A stretch of DNA of 42,813 nucleotides from Clostridiaceae bacterium (GTDB lineage: Bacteria; Bacillota; Clostridia; Saccharofermentanales; Fastidiosipilaceae): NCBI GenBank assembly GCA_012800515.1, contig JAAZJE010000008.1:1-42813 (forward strand), given 5' to 3'. Shown here piece by piece: positions 7,272 through 15,819 of this stretch (position 1 is its first letter; each line of letters begins with the position of its first letter). The notes beneath the pieces are model-generated. The model made no database searches. It was not told where the DNA came from and saw only the letters and a program-made list of their open reading frames with translations. A program made the position numbers and the translations under genes.

Positions 7272-7926
7272 ACTCTTACGACTTCTGGGTCAGGGTCTCC
7301 TGGAGACCTTATACATGACTCTCATCTCGACTTTTTTGTCCTATCTGATCGGGTTGCCGCTGGGCATGCTTCTGACCGTCACGGACAAAAAAGGTCTGCG
7401 TCCCAACCGCGCGGTCAATCTCACCCTCGGCTTTGTCATCAATATGCTACGCTCGGTTCCTTTCCTGATCCTCGCCGTGGCCATAATCCCTTTCACCCGC
7501 CTGGTTGTCGGTACTTCGATCGGTTCAACGGCCACCATAGTGCCGCTGGTCGTCGCCGCCGCCCCTTATGTCGCCCGCATGATTGAATCCTCATTGCGCG
7601 AGGTCGATGCCGGCGTCATTGAGGCCGCCCGTTCCATGGGCAGCAGCGATCGTCAGGTATTGTTCAAGGTCATGGTTCCGGAGGCCAAACCCTCCCTGAT
7701 GGTCGGCGCAACCATTGCGACCACCACAATTCTCGGTTACTCCGCGATGGCCGGTTTCATGGCCGGCGGCGGACTCGGCACTATCGCAATCAATTACGGC
7801 TATCACCGCTATAACACGGGAATCATGCTATATACCGTCGCCCTCCTGATCATTGTCGTTCAGATCATACAGGAGGCCGGTCTGCACCTGGCGCGTCGTC
7901 TGGATCGTCGCCGCCGCGCCGAATAG
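7258..7926 (+). CDS. metI: methionine ABC transporter permease
   Basis: 222 aa polytopic membrane protein with an EAA-type loop (IEAARSMGSSDRQVLFKVMVPEA). Overlaps the metN stop by 14 nt. Confidence 0.88.
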   Translation: MTTLELLRLLGQGLLETLYMTLISTFLSYLIGLPLGMLLTVTDKKGLRPNRAVNLTLGFVINMLRSVPFLILAVAIIPFTRLVVGTSIGSTATIVPLVVAAAPYVARMIESSLREVDAGVIEAARSMGSSDRQVLFKVMVPEAKPSLMVGATIATTTILGYSAMAGFMAGGGLGTIAINYGYHRYNTGIMLYTVALLIIVVQIIQEAGLHLARRLDRRRRAE

Positions 7927-7978
7927 AAATGTCTATAGATCTATAAAATAGATTTTAAATAGAGAAGGGAAAATAGAA

Positions 7979-8806
7979 ATGAAAAAAACAAGTATCAAAA
8001 CAATCGCTCTGTTGCTCATCCTGTTCCTCGGACTTGCCCTGGGTGCCGGCTGCGCTCAGAAGACAGACAGCAAAACCCTGCGCATCGGCGCTTCCGTCGC
8101 ACCGCACGCCGAGATCCTCCGGGCGGCTGTTCCGCTGATGGAAGCCAAGGGATTCAAGTTGGAGATCAAGGAATTCGACAACTACGTAATGCCGAATACG
8201 GAGGTCAATGACGGCAACCTGGAAGCCAACTACTTCCAGCACACGCCCTATCTTCTCAACTTTAACAAGTCCAACAACACCAACCTCGTCGGAGTGGCGA
8301 AGATTCACTACGAGCCCTTTGCCATCTACGCCGGCAAAACCGCCTCCCTGGCTGATCTCAAGGACGGAGCGACCATCGCCGTGCCCAACGACGACTCCAA
8401 CGAAGCCCGCGCCCTCATGCTCCTTGAGGCGGCCGGACTGATTAAGCTCAAGCCGCTGGACGGATTCACGGCCACAGTCAACGACGTTGCCGAGAATCCG
8501 CATAATTACAAAATCGAAGAGCTCGAGGCGGCTCTGTTGCCTCGTTCCCTGGCCGATGTCGATCTGGCGGTAATCAACGGTAACTACGCCCTTAGTTCCG
8601 GTATTGACATTGAAAAGCTGGCTCTGAAGTATGAGGATGCCAGCTCTAAGGCAACCGATGAATACGCCAACGTAATCGCGGTCAAGGCCGGCAACGAGAA
8701 GGATCCGCGCGTCGTGGCACTCGTCGAAGTGCTGCAAAGCCAGGAAATCCGTGACTTCATCAAGGAGAAGTACGGCTCTGCCGTCGTCGCCGTAACCGGT
8801 AAGTAA
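7979..8806 (+). CDS. metQ: MetQ/NlpA-family methionine-binding lipoprotein
   Basis: Signal peptide with lipobox LGAGC. NlpA-family motifs: LRIGASVAPHAEIL, NYFQHTPYL, IAVPNDDSNEARAL. Confidence 0.88.
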   Translation: MKKTSIKTIALLLILFLGLALGAGCAQKTDSKTLRIGASVAPHAEILRAAVPLMEAKGFKLEIKEFDNYVMPNTEVNDGNLEANYFQHTPYLLNFNKSNNTNLVGVAKIHYEPFAIYAGKTASLADLKDGATIAVPNDDSNEARALMLLEAAGLIKLKPLDGFTATVNDVAENPHNYKIEELEAALLPRSLADVDLAVINGNYALSSGIDIEKLALKYEDASSKATDEYANVIAVKAGNEKDPRVVALVEVLQSQEIRDFIKEKYGSAVVAVTGK

Positions 8807-8835
8807 TCGTTCGCGAAATAGTAAAGAAGTGCGAT

Positions 8836-8868
8836 CACAGAGCCGCCCCCGGTCGGGGTGGCTCTGTG
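8836..8868 (+). terminator. GC-rich hairpin after metQ
   Basis: CACAGAGCCGCCCC-GGTC-GGGGTGGCTCTGTG forms a 14-bp stem with one G-U pair. There is no clear U-tract after it, which lowers the confidence. Confidence 0.5.
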
Positions 8869-8903
8869 CTAAAATAGTAACAACAGCGAAGGAGGCATTA
8901 TCC

Positions 8904-9911
8904 ATGTTCATCAGCGTCATTGTTCCGGCCTATAACGCAGATAAATGGTTAAATGAATGTATCGACTCCCTGCTCAATCAGGAATATTCCTTCGACAGTT
9001 ACGAAATTATCGCGGTCAACGACGGCTCTCGGGATAACACGGGGACGATCCTCGATGAATATGCCCGCCGCGATCCGCGTGTACGTCCGCTCCATCAAGA
9101 GAACAAGGGGCTGGGCGGAGCGCGTAACAGCGGTATTGCCGCCGCAAAAGGTGAATATTTCGCTTTCGTCGACAGCGACGATAGAGTAGCACCCGACTTT
9201 CTCTCCGCCTTTGCCACCGCTGCCCGGTCGATTCCCGGTAATGCCGACATGGTCATCGCTAATTTTGCCCCGTTTGTGAACGACAAGCTACTCCCTCCCC
9301 AACCGAACTACGGATCCGAATGGCAGAATCAACCGCTCAACGCCGAAAACAATCCGCAGCTGTTGCTTTTCCATCCGTCCGCCTGTATCAGGCTATATCG
9401 GCGGGATTTATTCACGGAAACCGGATTGAGTTTTACTCCGCGCAGTTGGTTTGAAGATCTGCATCTGATTCCCCGGCTGACCGTTCTGGCGCGCAACATT
9501 GTTTATACCCCCGCCGTCACCTATCATTACCGTCGCAATCCGGAGTCGATAATGAACAGTACCCGTCTGGCGCGCAATATCGAGATGATTCAGGTGTTAG
9601 AGGAGTTGCTGGACTGGTTTAAGGTAAGGCAGGAAGAAGAGAAGTTCCGTTCAGAATTGGAGTTTTTGGTTATTTACAATGCTTTTGTTACCAGCAGTGT
9701 GCGTATAGCGCGGCAGGATCCGCGACATCCCCTGCTCAGTGATCTATATGCATTTACCGAGCGTAATTTCCCCGATTTCAGAAAAAATCCTTATCTGAAA
9801 GATAATAGGTTCAGCTCGCGGGGTTTTCGCCTCTCCTTTAATCTGATCGAACGCCGCCGTTACGGATTACTGCGCAATCTCTTCCGGCTTCGGGGGATTT
9901 TCGGGAGCTGA
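8904..9911 (+). CDS. family 2 glycosyltransferase
   Basis: I moved the start to ATG 8904, with GGAGG 8 nt upstream; the listed 8829 start would run through the metQ terminator hairpin. Motifs: ISVIVPAYNADKWL, IIAVNDGSRDNT, NKGLGGARNSGI, FVDSDD. Confidence 0.88.
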   Translation: MFISVIVPAYNADKWLNECIDSLLNQEYSFDSYEIIAVNDGSRDNTGTILDEYARRDPRVRPLHQENKGLGGARNSGIAAAKGEYFAFVDSDDRVAPDFLSAFATAARSIPGNADMVIANFAPFVNDKLLPPQPNYGSEWQNQPLNAENNPQLLLFHPSACIRLYRRDLFTETGLSFTPRSWFEDLHLIPRLTVLARNIVYTPAVTYHYRRNPESIMNSTRLARNIEMIQVLEELLDWFKVRQEEEKFRSELEFLVIYNAFVTSSVRIARQDPRHPLLSDLYAFTERNFPDFRKNPYLKDNRFSSRGFRLSFNLIERRRYGLLRNLFRLRGIFGS

Positions 9912-11315
9912 ACTTCCCGATACGGGATCGATATTCTCCGGTATAGATTCGGCGTAATTCAAAATCGCCACAAAAACAAGAGCAATCAGCTGGCTGACCG
10001 CCGGTGAGACCAGAGCATGTCCGGAGATGGCTGCCCCGACCAAAGAGATCAGAAGGGCGTAGCCGAACGTCAGGATGCTTAGGGCGCTTAACGGATAGTC
10101 ATGGTGTTTTTTGCGCAGGAAAGTAAAGACCCGGCTGACTGACAGAATAAGCACTACCACCAGCGGAAGAAACCAAAGCAGAAATCCCGCCCAGCCGTGG
10201 GCAAAAAATGTAGCGATGAAATCCATCTCGATAGATTTAGCAATACCATGAGCGTAGGTCGGCAAATCGGCGTAGCCCAGGCCGAGGATTTGTCCGAGCG
10301 GCGGTTGAGAGGAGAAAACAGCCTGAATCGGCATGATAAATTGGTCACGTCCGCTCAAAACCGGCTGCAGAAGGCGGAGTAAATCAAACCACAACCCTTC
10401 CCCTTCAATTTTCGGTAAATTCAATCCGGGACGAGTCAACTGCCCCTGCTGTTCTCTGAAAGGCGAAACCAGATACAGCAAGGCGATCAGAGCCAGAACA
10501 GCGCAGGTCGTTAGAAGCATCGTCGTTGAGCGGCGGCGCGAGGAGGCAAACCTCCGTCTTAATACAAAAAAAACGAGCAGCAGAATGATTAAAATCAAAT
10601 AGAAAACAAAAGCAAAGAGAAGTGCCTTAGTCGCTATGAACGTAACACAAAAGGCCATCACGACCGGAACAAGCAGTATATAGGCAAACCGCAGAAACCG
10701 GCTACGAGACGACCGTGAACCGGCGGAGCCGAAAGTAGTCACGTCAAGTAGAACCGTGAGCATAAGGAGCGGAAATAGCAACGTTAGGATGGCGGATACC
10801 TCATTGGCGGCATAGAACCAGCCAACATAGCCGATCCCCGTATCGACATAGCTCGGAAAGGCCGTGCCGGTAAGAGCCGGGATAACAATCAGGATACCGT
10901 AAACGAGACCGAGCAGACCGAGCGGCACCCAGTCGATCCTCAACAAACGACGTTCCCTCAAAACGAGAAAATTGACCAGGAGCACCGGAAAGGTGAAGGT
11001 TTTGAACAGACCGATAAGATTGGCAACCAGCCCATCCCCGCCCATGCCGGAAAGGTAGACAATGTGCGCAATCACATAGGCGGCGGTCAGCACATACCAA
11101 ACCGTTGCCGGGAGTTTGTATCGCGATTTGCTCAAATTCATCAACGCATACAGCGTGGTCAACAAAAGAAAAACCGCGCGCAGGACAATGCCGATTGTCA
11201 GGGTAATCCCAACGCGAATCATGAGCGAGGTGACAATATCGATCAGCGGCTGAAGCAGTAGCCAAAAATAGATTGAACGGGTGATATCCCGCCTGATAAT
11301 ATCTTTAACCGCCAT
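9867..11315 (-). CDS. O-antigen polymerase/ligase-like (Wzy-type) polytopic membrane protein
   Basis: 482 aa with roughly 10-12 hydrophobic spans, sitting between glycosyltransferase genes. The family call rests on architecture and context rather than on a motif I can name. Its 3' end overlaps the convergent GT2 gene by 45 nt. Confidence 0.5.
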   Translation of the reverse strand: MAVKDIIRRDITRSIYFWLLLQPLIDIVTSLMIRVGITLTIGIVLRAVFLLLTTLYALMNLSKSRYKLPATVWYVLTAAYVIAHIVYLSGMGGDGLVANLIGLFKTFTFPVLLVNFLVLRERRLLRIDWVPLGLLGLVYGILIVIPALTGTAFPSYVDTGIGYVGWFYAANEVSAILTLLFPLLMLTVLLDVTTFGSAGSRSSRSRFLRFAYILLVPVVMAFCVTFIATKALLFAFVFYLILIILLLVFFVLRRRFASSRRRSTTMLLTTCAVLALIALLYLVSPFREQQGQLTRPGLNLPKIEGEGLWFDLLRLLQPVLSGRDQFIMPIQAVFSSQPPLGQILGLGYADLPTYAHGIAKSIEMDFIATFFAHGWAGFLLWFLPLVVVLILSVSRVFTFLRKKHHDYPLSALSILTFGYALLISLVGAAISGHALVSPAVSQLIALVFVAILNYAESIPENIDPVSGSSAPENPPKPEEIAQ

Positions 11316-12576
11316 TATTCTCTTCCCGTGATTGAAGAGGAGTCAACTCAATACCGCGACGCCCGGCAGCGGCCTTTAAGACCCGCAACCAGCGCTCGAC
11401 TATTTCCCGCCGGCTGAAAGATCGTTGCGCCCGCTCCCTGCCGGCACGGGCAAAGTCGGCACACCGCTTCGGATCGGTCAGCAATTCGTGCAGACGAGCG
11501 GCGAAGATATCGGGACGATCATTCGGAACCAGGTAGCCGGTACTGCCGTTAACAATCAACTCGGCCGGACCGGAGCGCACATCATAGGCCACGATGGGCA
11601 GCCCCGCATCCATCGCTTCAAGCAGTACATAGCCAAAGCCTTCCGAGCGCGAAGTCATTGCCAAGACATCGGCAACGCGCATTTCCATCGCCACATCGTC
11701 GGCGGAAACATAACCGCGAAAGTCCACATCGCCAACGATACCCAGCCGTTCGGCCTGTGTCTTGAGCTGCTCCGACATACTACCGTCCCCGAGAATGATC
11801 AGCCGAACCGCACGCATATCCGGATATTGTTTGAGCAGGCTCCAGACCTCCAGGAGGCGGTCCGGACCTTTTTCATATTCCAGGCGACCGACATATAGTA
11901 CCGACCTGACCGACTGGCCGGTCATTGTGTCCAAGGTCGATCCCCCTATCGATGCTTCGTTCTTCCCGTCCTTGGCATCGTTTTCACTGCTGTTCAGGAA
12001 ATTCGGTATAGCCAGGCAATCCGTATAACTGTTGTAGCCGTTCATCATGCGGCGAATCTCTTCGGCAAAAGTCGGTACCAGCACAACTAAAGTATCAATT
12101 TCACGAAAAATACCCCGGTAGTCGCGGCGAAGTCGCGGGCTGAAATAATGATCCTGGTGAAGCTGGGCAATCCGCACTACATCGGGATGTGCCACTTTGG
12201 CGAGAAGACGGCTGTGCTCACTGCGCGAAGCAATAACTACCCCGGAATCAATTTCCCGCAGAGCTTTACGCATTGTACTGTACTTGCGAATCAGGGTTAT
12301 GCCGGCCGCAAAGAGATTCTTCAACAGGCCGTAAGGATGCCCCTTCCGGCGTGCCATAGCTATCTCGGCGCGATTCGGCCGGCGATCAGTCAGATATCGT
12401 ATTGCAACCCTAGGGTCGAGCGAGTAAACCGGTTCGCAGAGTTTGTATGTGACCAACAGGGTGACTTCAAAGCCAACTTCCGCAAGGGCATTTGCCAGGG
12501 CAGTTATGGCTCGTTCCGCTCCGCCGTAGGAAAGGTGGAGAGCAGTGATATAAACCTTGTCCGTCTGCTTCGCCAT
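11305..12576 (-). CDS. family 4 (GT-B, GT1/GT4-type) glycosyltransferase
   Basis: Start taken at ATG 12576, 2 nt after the upstream stop. Motifs: LSYGGAERA, YVGRLEYEKG, SRSEGFGYVLLEAMDAGLPIVAYDVRSGPAELI. Confidence 0.88.
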   Translation of the reverse strand: MAKQTDKVYITALHLSYGGAERAITALANALAEVGFEVTLLVTYKLCEPVYSLDPRVAIRYLTDRRPNRAEIAMARRKGHPYGLLKNLFAAGITLIRKYSTMRKALREIDSGVVIASRSEHSRLLAKVAHPDVVRIAQLHQDHYFSPRLRRDYRGIFREIDTLVVLVPTFAEEIRRMMNGYNSYTDCLAIPNFLNSSENDAKDGKNEASIGGSTLDTMTGQSVRSVLYVGRLEYEKGPDRLLEVWSLLKQYPDMRAVRLIILGDGSMSEQLKTQAERLGIVGDVDFRGYVSADDVAMEMRVADVLAMTSRSEGFGYVLLEAMDAGLPIVAYDVRSGPAELIVNGSTGYLVPNDRPDIFAARLHELLTDPKRCADFARAGRERAQRSFSRREIVERWLRVLKAAAGRRGIELTPLQSREENNGG

Positions 12577-12578
12577 GC

Positions 12579-13820
12579 TCAATCCACCGTTAGCACATCA
12601 TCTGTGGTCAGTTCCAGAGTCGCGGCGGCAGCCTCCACGGGCACCGAGGCACCCTGGGTCGAGGCGTCGGCATATTCGATGCGGAGGCGAACCTTAGCCT
12701 CCGGATAAACATCCCGCACTTCATCCCGGATATCACCGATCAGGTCGTTGACCTCATTCCTACGTCCCCAAGCCAGAACCAAATCCAGACTGACCTCCGG
12801 TTTCGGAGCATGCTCGTTGATGTTCAGATCATGATAACCGCAAATCTCGCTCCATCTGTCACGGTAGCGACCGACAATCTGCTGTATCGCTCGGCGCAAG
12901 CGGCGGGCGGGTTCGGAGGTGACATCGGACGGGTCGATATGAATCAACAGGTCGATACCCATATCTCGGCGCGCCTCATGTTCAATTGATTCAATCACCG
13001 CATGTGCTTCGTGCAGCGAGAGACTTGCGTCGATCTCGCAATGCGCCGTGACATAGGTTTTGCCAGAACCGTAAGTATGCATCATGACATCGTGGAAGCC
13101 GATTATTTCCGGGTGATTTTCAAAATAACCTCCGAGCTTTTCCAAAAACTCCGGCGCCGGTCCCTCTCCCAAAATTACACTTATCAGGGAACGAACGAGA
13201 TTGAAGCCGCTGATCAAAATATAAACTGAAAGTAACAGGGAGAGCCAGGCATCGATATTCCAACTGACAAAATGATTGACAATATAGCCGAGCAGCACCG
13301 CCGACGTTACAAAAACGTCGTTGATGCTGTCCTGAATATTGGCACGCAACGAATCCGATTGCATGCGTTTGGCGGCACGTCTATACAACACAAACATGCT
13401 CATTTTTACCGCTATTGAAAAACACAATACAATCGGGATCAGGGGACTTCGATCCGGCATAACTGGGGCGATTACACGCCGAATCGAGGCCAGAGCCAAT
13501 TCAAAACCGAATAGGAGAATCAGGCAACCGACAATCAGACCGGAGACATACTCCATCCGCTGATGACCGAAGGGATGTTTGTGATCGGCCGGCTTGGCGG
13601 CAAAATACATACTGACTACCAACACGATTGAGGCGGCCAAATCGCTCAGATTATTAAAGCCCTCGGCCTGTACGGAGAGATTGTTAAAAATATAGCCGAC
13701 GGAGAGCTTGCTCCCGGCGAGCAGCATATTCAGAAACAAACCCTGAATCGCGGCCCGCTGTCCGTGAAGCATACGGACGGAAGAACCCTTCTTTGACTTG
13801 GGAGCGCTCGTCATCGGCAT
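12579..13820 (-). CDS. cation diffusion facilitator (CDF) family metal efflux transporter with an extended/duplicated C-terminal domain
   Basis: Six TM spans with HKHPFGHQRMEY and NDVF motifs. A cytoplasmic domain follows (GFHDVMMHTYG...HEAHAVIESIEHE...IHIDP), then a second similar module lacking the His residues (GYHDLNINEH...SLDLVLAW...VRLRIEY). Confidence 0.8.
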   Translation of the reverse strand: MPMTSAPKSKKGSSVRMLHGQRAAIQGLFLNMLLAGSKLSVGYIFNNLSVQAEGFNNLSDLAASIVLVVSMYFAAKPADHKHPFGHQRMEYVSGLIVGCLILLFGFELALASIRRVIAPVMPDRSPLIPIVLCFSIAVKMSMFVLYRRAAKRMQSDSLRANIQDSINDVFVTSAVLLGYIVNHFVSWNIDAWLSLLLSVYILISGFNLVRSLISVILGEGPAPEFLEKLGGYFENHPEIIGFHDVMMHTYGSGKTYVTAHCEIDASLSLHEAHAVIESIEHEARRDMGIDLLIHIDPSDVTSEPARRLRRAIQQIVGRYRDRWSEICGYHDLNINEHAPKPEVSLDLVLAWGRRNEVNDLIGDIRDEVRDVYPEAKVRLRIEYADASTQGASVPVEAAAATLELTTDDVLTVD

Positions 13821-13831
13821 AAGCCTCGGAA

Positions 13832-14974
13832 TCAGGACAAGGCCTGGCGGGCGATTTCTTGCGCCCGCAGAATCACCTGATCCATATTCAGGTATTTATA
13901 CTCGGCCAGACGTCCGCAGAAGATCACGTCGTTGAGATCGGCAGCCATTTTACGATAGCGTTCGTAGAGCTGTGTATTACGCTCGTCATTCACCGTATAG
14001 GCGGCTTGTTCGCCGGGCTGCCACTCCGCGGGATATTCCCGTGTTACTATGGTAAAGTCGCAGTCAACCGGATTGAAATGCTTATGTTCAATGATTCGCG
14101 TCCACGGTGTCTCCCGATCAGTGAAATTCATCACCGCTACGCCCTGATAATTCGGAATTTCGAGCCGTTCGCTCTCGAAGCGGACCGTCCGCCATTCGAG
14201 CATACCCAGCTCCTGACGGAAGAAGTGGTCGATCTGGCCGGTAAAGACGAGACGGTCGGCAACGCTACGCCAATTCTCGCGATACCAGGGGTCGAAGTCG
14301 GTACTCAACTTCACATCGCTGCCTTCCAGCATGCGCGCGACCAGGACGTCATACCCGGCGCGGGGAATTCCCTGATGCGGATCGGTGAAATAGTTATTGT
14401 CGTAGGTGAAGCGCACCGGCAGACGACGGATGATAAAAGCCGGCAGCTCGGTGCAGTCGCGCCCCCACTGCTTTTCCGTATAGCCCTGAACTAATTTGCG
14501 GTAGACATCCTCGCCGACCAGGCTGATTGCCTGCTCCTCCAGATTGCGCGGTTCGCCCGTCTGAGCGGCGCGCTGTTCGGCGATTTTTGCCTGCGCGTCC
14601 TCGGGACGCCAGGTTCCCCACATCTTATTGAAAGTATTCATGTTGAAGGGCAAATTGTAGACCTCTCCCCTGTAGTTAGCCATAGGGCTGTTGATGAAGT
14701 TGTTGAATTCGGTCAGCCCGTTCACATAGTGCCACAATTCGTCATCATTGGTGTGGAAAATATGCGCGCCGAAGGTGTGCACGGCAATCGGGCCGACGAA
14801 CTCCGTGTGCGCCAGGCCGGCAATGTACGGGTTGCGGTCGATTACCAGGCACGTCTTCCCGGCAGATACGGCCTTGTGGGCGAAGGAAGCTCCGGCCAGG
14901 CCGGCTCCGACAATTAAGAAGTCATACTTACTCGTCTTGTGGTTTCCACTCGTTTTCATGTTCATACCGGTCAT
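13832..14974 (-). CDS. glf: UDP-galactopyranose mutase
   Basis: Start moved to ATG 14974, downstream of an AAAGGAAA purine-rich candidate RBS. Motifs: FAD-binding DFLIVGAGLAGA, then GAHIFHTN, YTEKQWG, RFTYDNNYF, GRLAEYKYLNMDQ. Confidence 0.92.
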   Translation of the reverse strand: MTGMNMKTSGNHKTSKYDFLIVGAGLAGASFAHKAVSAGKTCLVIDRNPYIAGLAHTEFVGPIAVHTFGAHIFHTNDDELWHYVNGLTEFNNFINSPMANYRGEVYNLPFNMNTFNKMWGTWRPEDAQAKIAEQRAAQTGEPRNLEEQAISLVGEDVYRKLVQGYTEKQWGRDCTELPAFIIRRLPVRFTYDNNYFTDPHQGIPRAGYDVLVARMLEGSDVKLSTDFDPWYRENWRSVADRLVFTGQIDHFFRQELGMLEWRTVRFESERLEIPNYQGVAVMNFTDRETPWTRIIEHKHFNPVDCDFTIVTREYPAEWQPGEQAAYTVNDERNTQLYERYRKMAADLNDVIFCGRLAEYKYLNMDQVILRAQEIARQALS

Positions 14975-14988
14975 TTCTATTTCCTTTC

Positions 14989-15819
14989 TCAACGCCAATG
15001 CGGCGATTTTTCAATATACTCCCGATCTGCGAAGAGTATGTCATCCGGGATGTCGTGGTGCAGAATCGGCAGATCCTGTTCCCGGACATTGTTCGCATAC
15101 CATTCCTGCCAAATAAACTGACCGAATCTCTGCCGGGGAACGGCAAGGCTAACCCGCTCAAAAACACAAAAGTCGGGGTTATCGATCACCTCTCCCGGTA
15201 TAATACCTTCCGGATAGAATTCCGGATGGGCAGGCAGTATGGTCAAGCTTCGGCTCTTCTTTTGACGATTCAGCAGACTGCGCCGCCGTTCCCAAAGCAT
15301 TTCTATTTCGGTTCGATTCTGAGCGCCATATATTCCCGTGCCCTGCATCAGTTCCCGCCTCACGGCCTGCTGTAATGCCTCCTGGCGCTTCAAATAACGA
15401 CGCAGGAACATACCGCGCGCCGCCGCGCCGTCGGGAACGCTGTCCAGCGGAATAATGTCGATAAAGACCCCCTGATGGATCGGAAATTCCCCCTCCCAGG
15501 CCGCCTCGTATACCGTTCCGTCACGACGAAGACGACAGCCGGGCAAGGCATAAAGCGCCGGACAATCCTCCAGCTCCGGATCCTGAAAATGCACCGGTTC
15601 GCCGGTAAAAAGACCGTTCCGCGCCGCGGTAACAAATTCATCATAAATCTCGCGGCGCATACCCATGCGCACGGTAGGCGGCAGGCCGAATGTGCCGGCC
15701 TTGCTGAACATTTCTTCCGGCGGCGGATTGAGCCACAGAATTTGTCGACCGATCCGTTCGGTCGCGGCCACAGCCGAGAGCATCAGCCTGAGTCGAACCG
15801 TATCGATGTCGTTAAGCAA
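14989..15819 (-). CDS. LicD-family-like protein (divergent; canonical nucleotidyltransferase motif not visible)
   Basis: TTG start with GGAGG 6 nt upstream. Resembles LicD in GVFIDIIPLD and in the C-terminal FERVSLAVPRQRFGQFIWQEWY. Where LicD proteins have GTLLGAVRHxGFIPWDDDID, this protein reads GTFGLPPTVRMGMRREIYDEF. Confidence 0.45.
   Translation of the reverse strand: MLNDIDTVRLRLMLSAVAATERIGRQILWLNPPPEEMFSKAGTFGLPPTVRMGMRREIYDEFVTAARNGLFTGEPVHFQDPELEDCPALYALPGCRLRRDGTVYEAAWEGEFPIHQGVFIDIIPLDSVPDGAAARGMFLRRYLKRQEALQQAVRRELMQGTGIYGAQNRTEIEMLWERRRSLLNRQKKSRSLTILPAHPEFYPEGIIPGEVIDNPDFCVFERVSLAVPRQRFGQFIWQEWYANNVREQDLPILHHDIPDDILFADREYIEKSPHWR

Noticed and set aside
8829-8903. The upstream extension of the GT2 ORF to 8829. 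Similar long N-termini were rejected for the thioesterase (24752..24880), rnc (30581..30643) and glf (14975..14998).
   Set aside because: The extensions run through a terminator hairpin or overlap the upstream gene. They encode R/C-rich sequence, and better internal starts with GGAGG/GAGG-type RBSs exist.
6471-8920. Minus-strand ORFs antisense to metN (6471..7211, 6578..7141) and metQ (7955..8920, 321 aa).
   Set aside because: The plus-strand products have clear MetN and MetQ motifs, including a lipobox. The antisense translations are G/V/D/R-rich with no motifs, which is the expected shadow-ORF behaviour at this GC content.
9867-9911. A 45-nt convergent overlap of the GT2 and Wzy/ligase-like coding regions.
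   Set aside because: It is most simply explained by two poorly conserved C-terminal tails sharing a terminator-less junction. Nothing else suggests a regulatory device.
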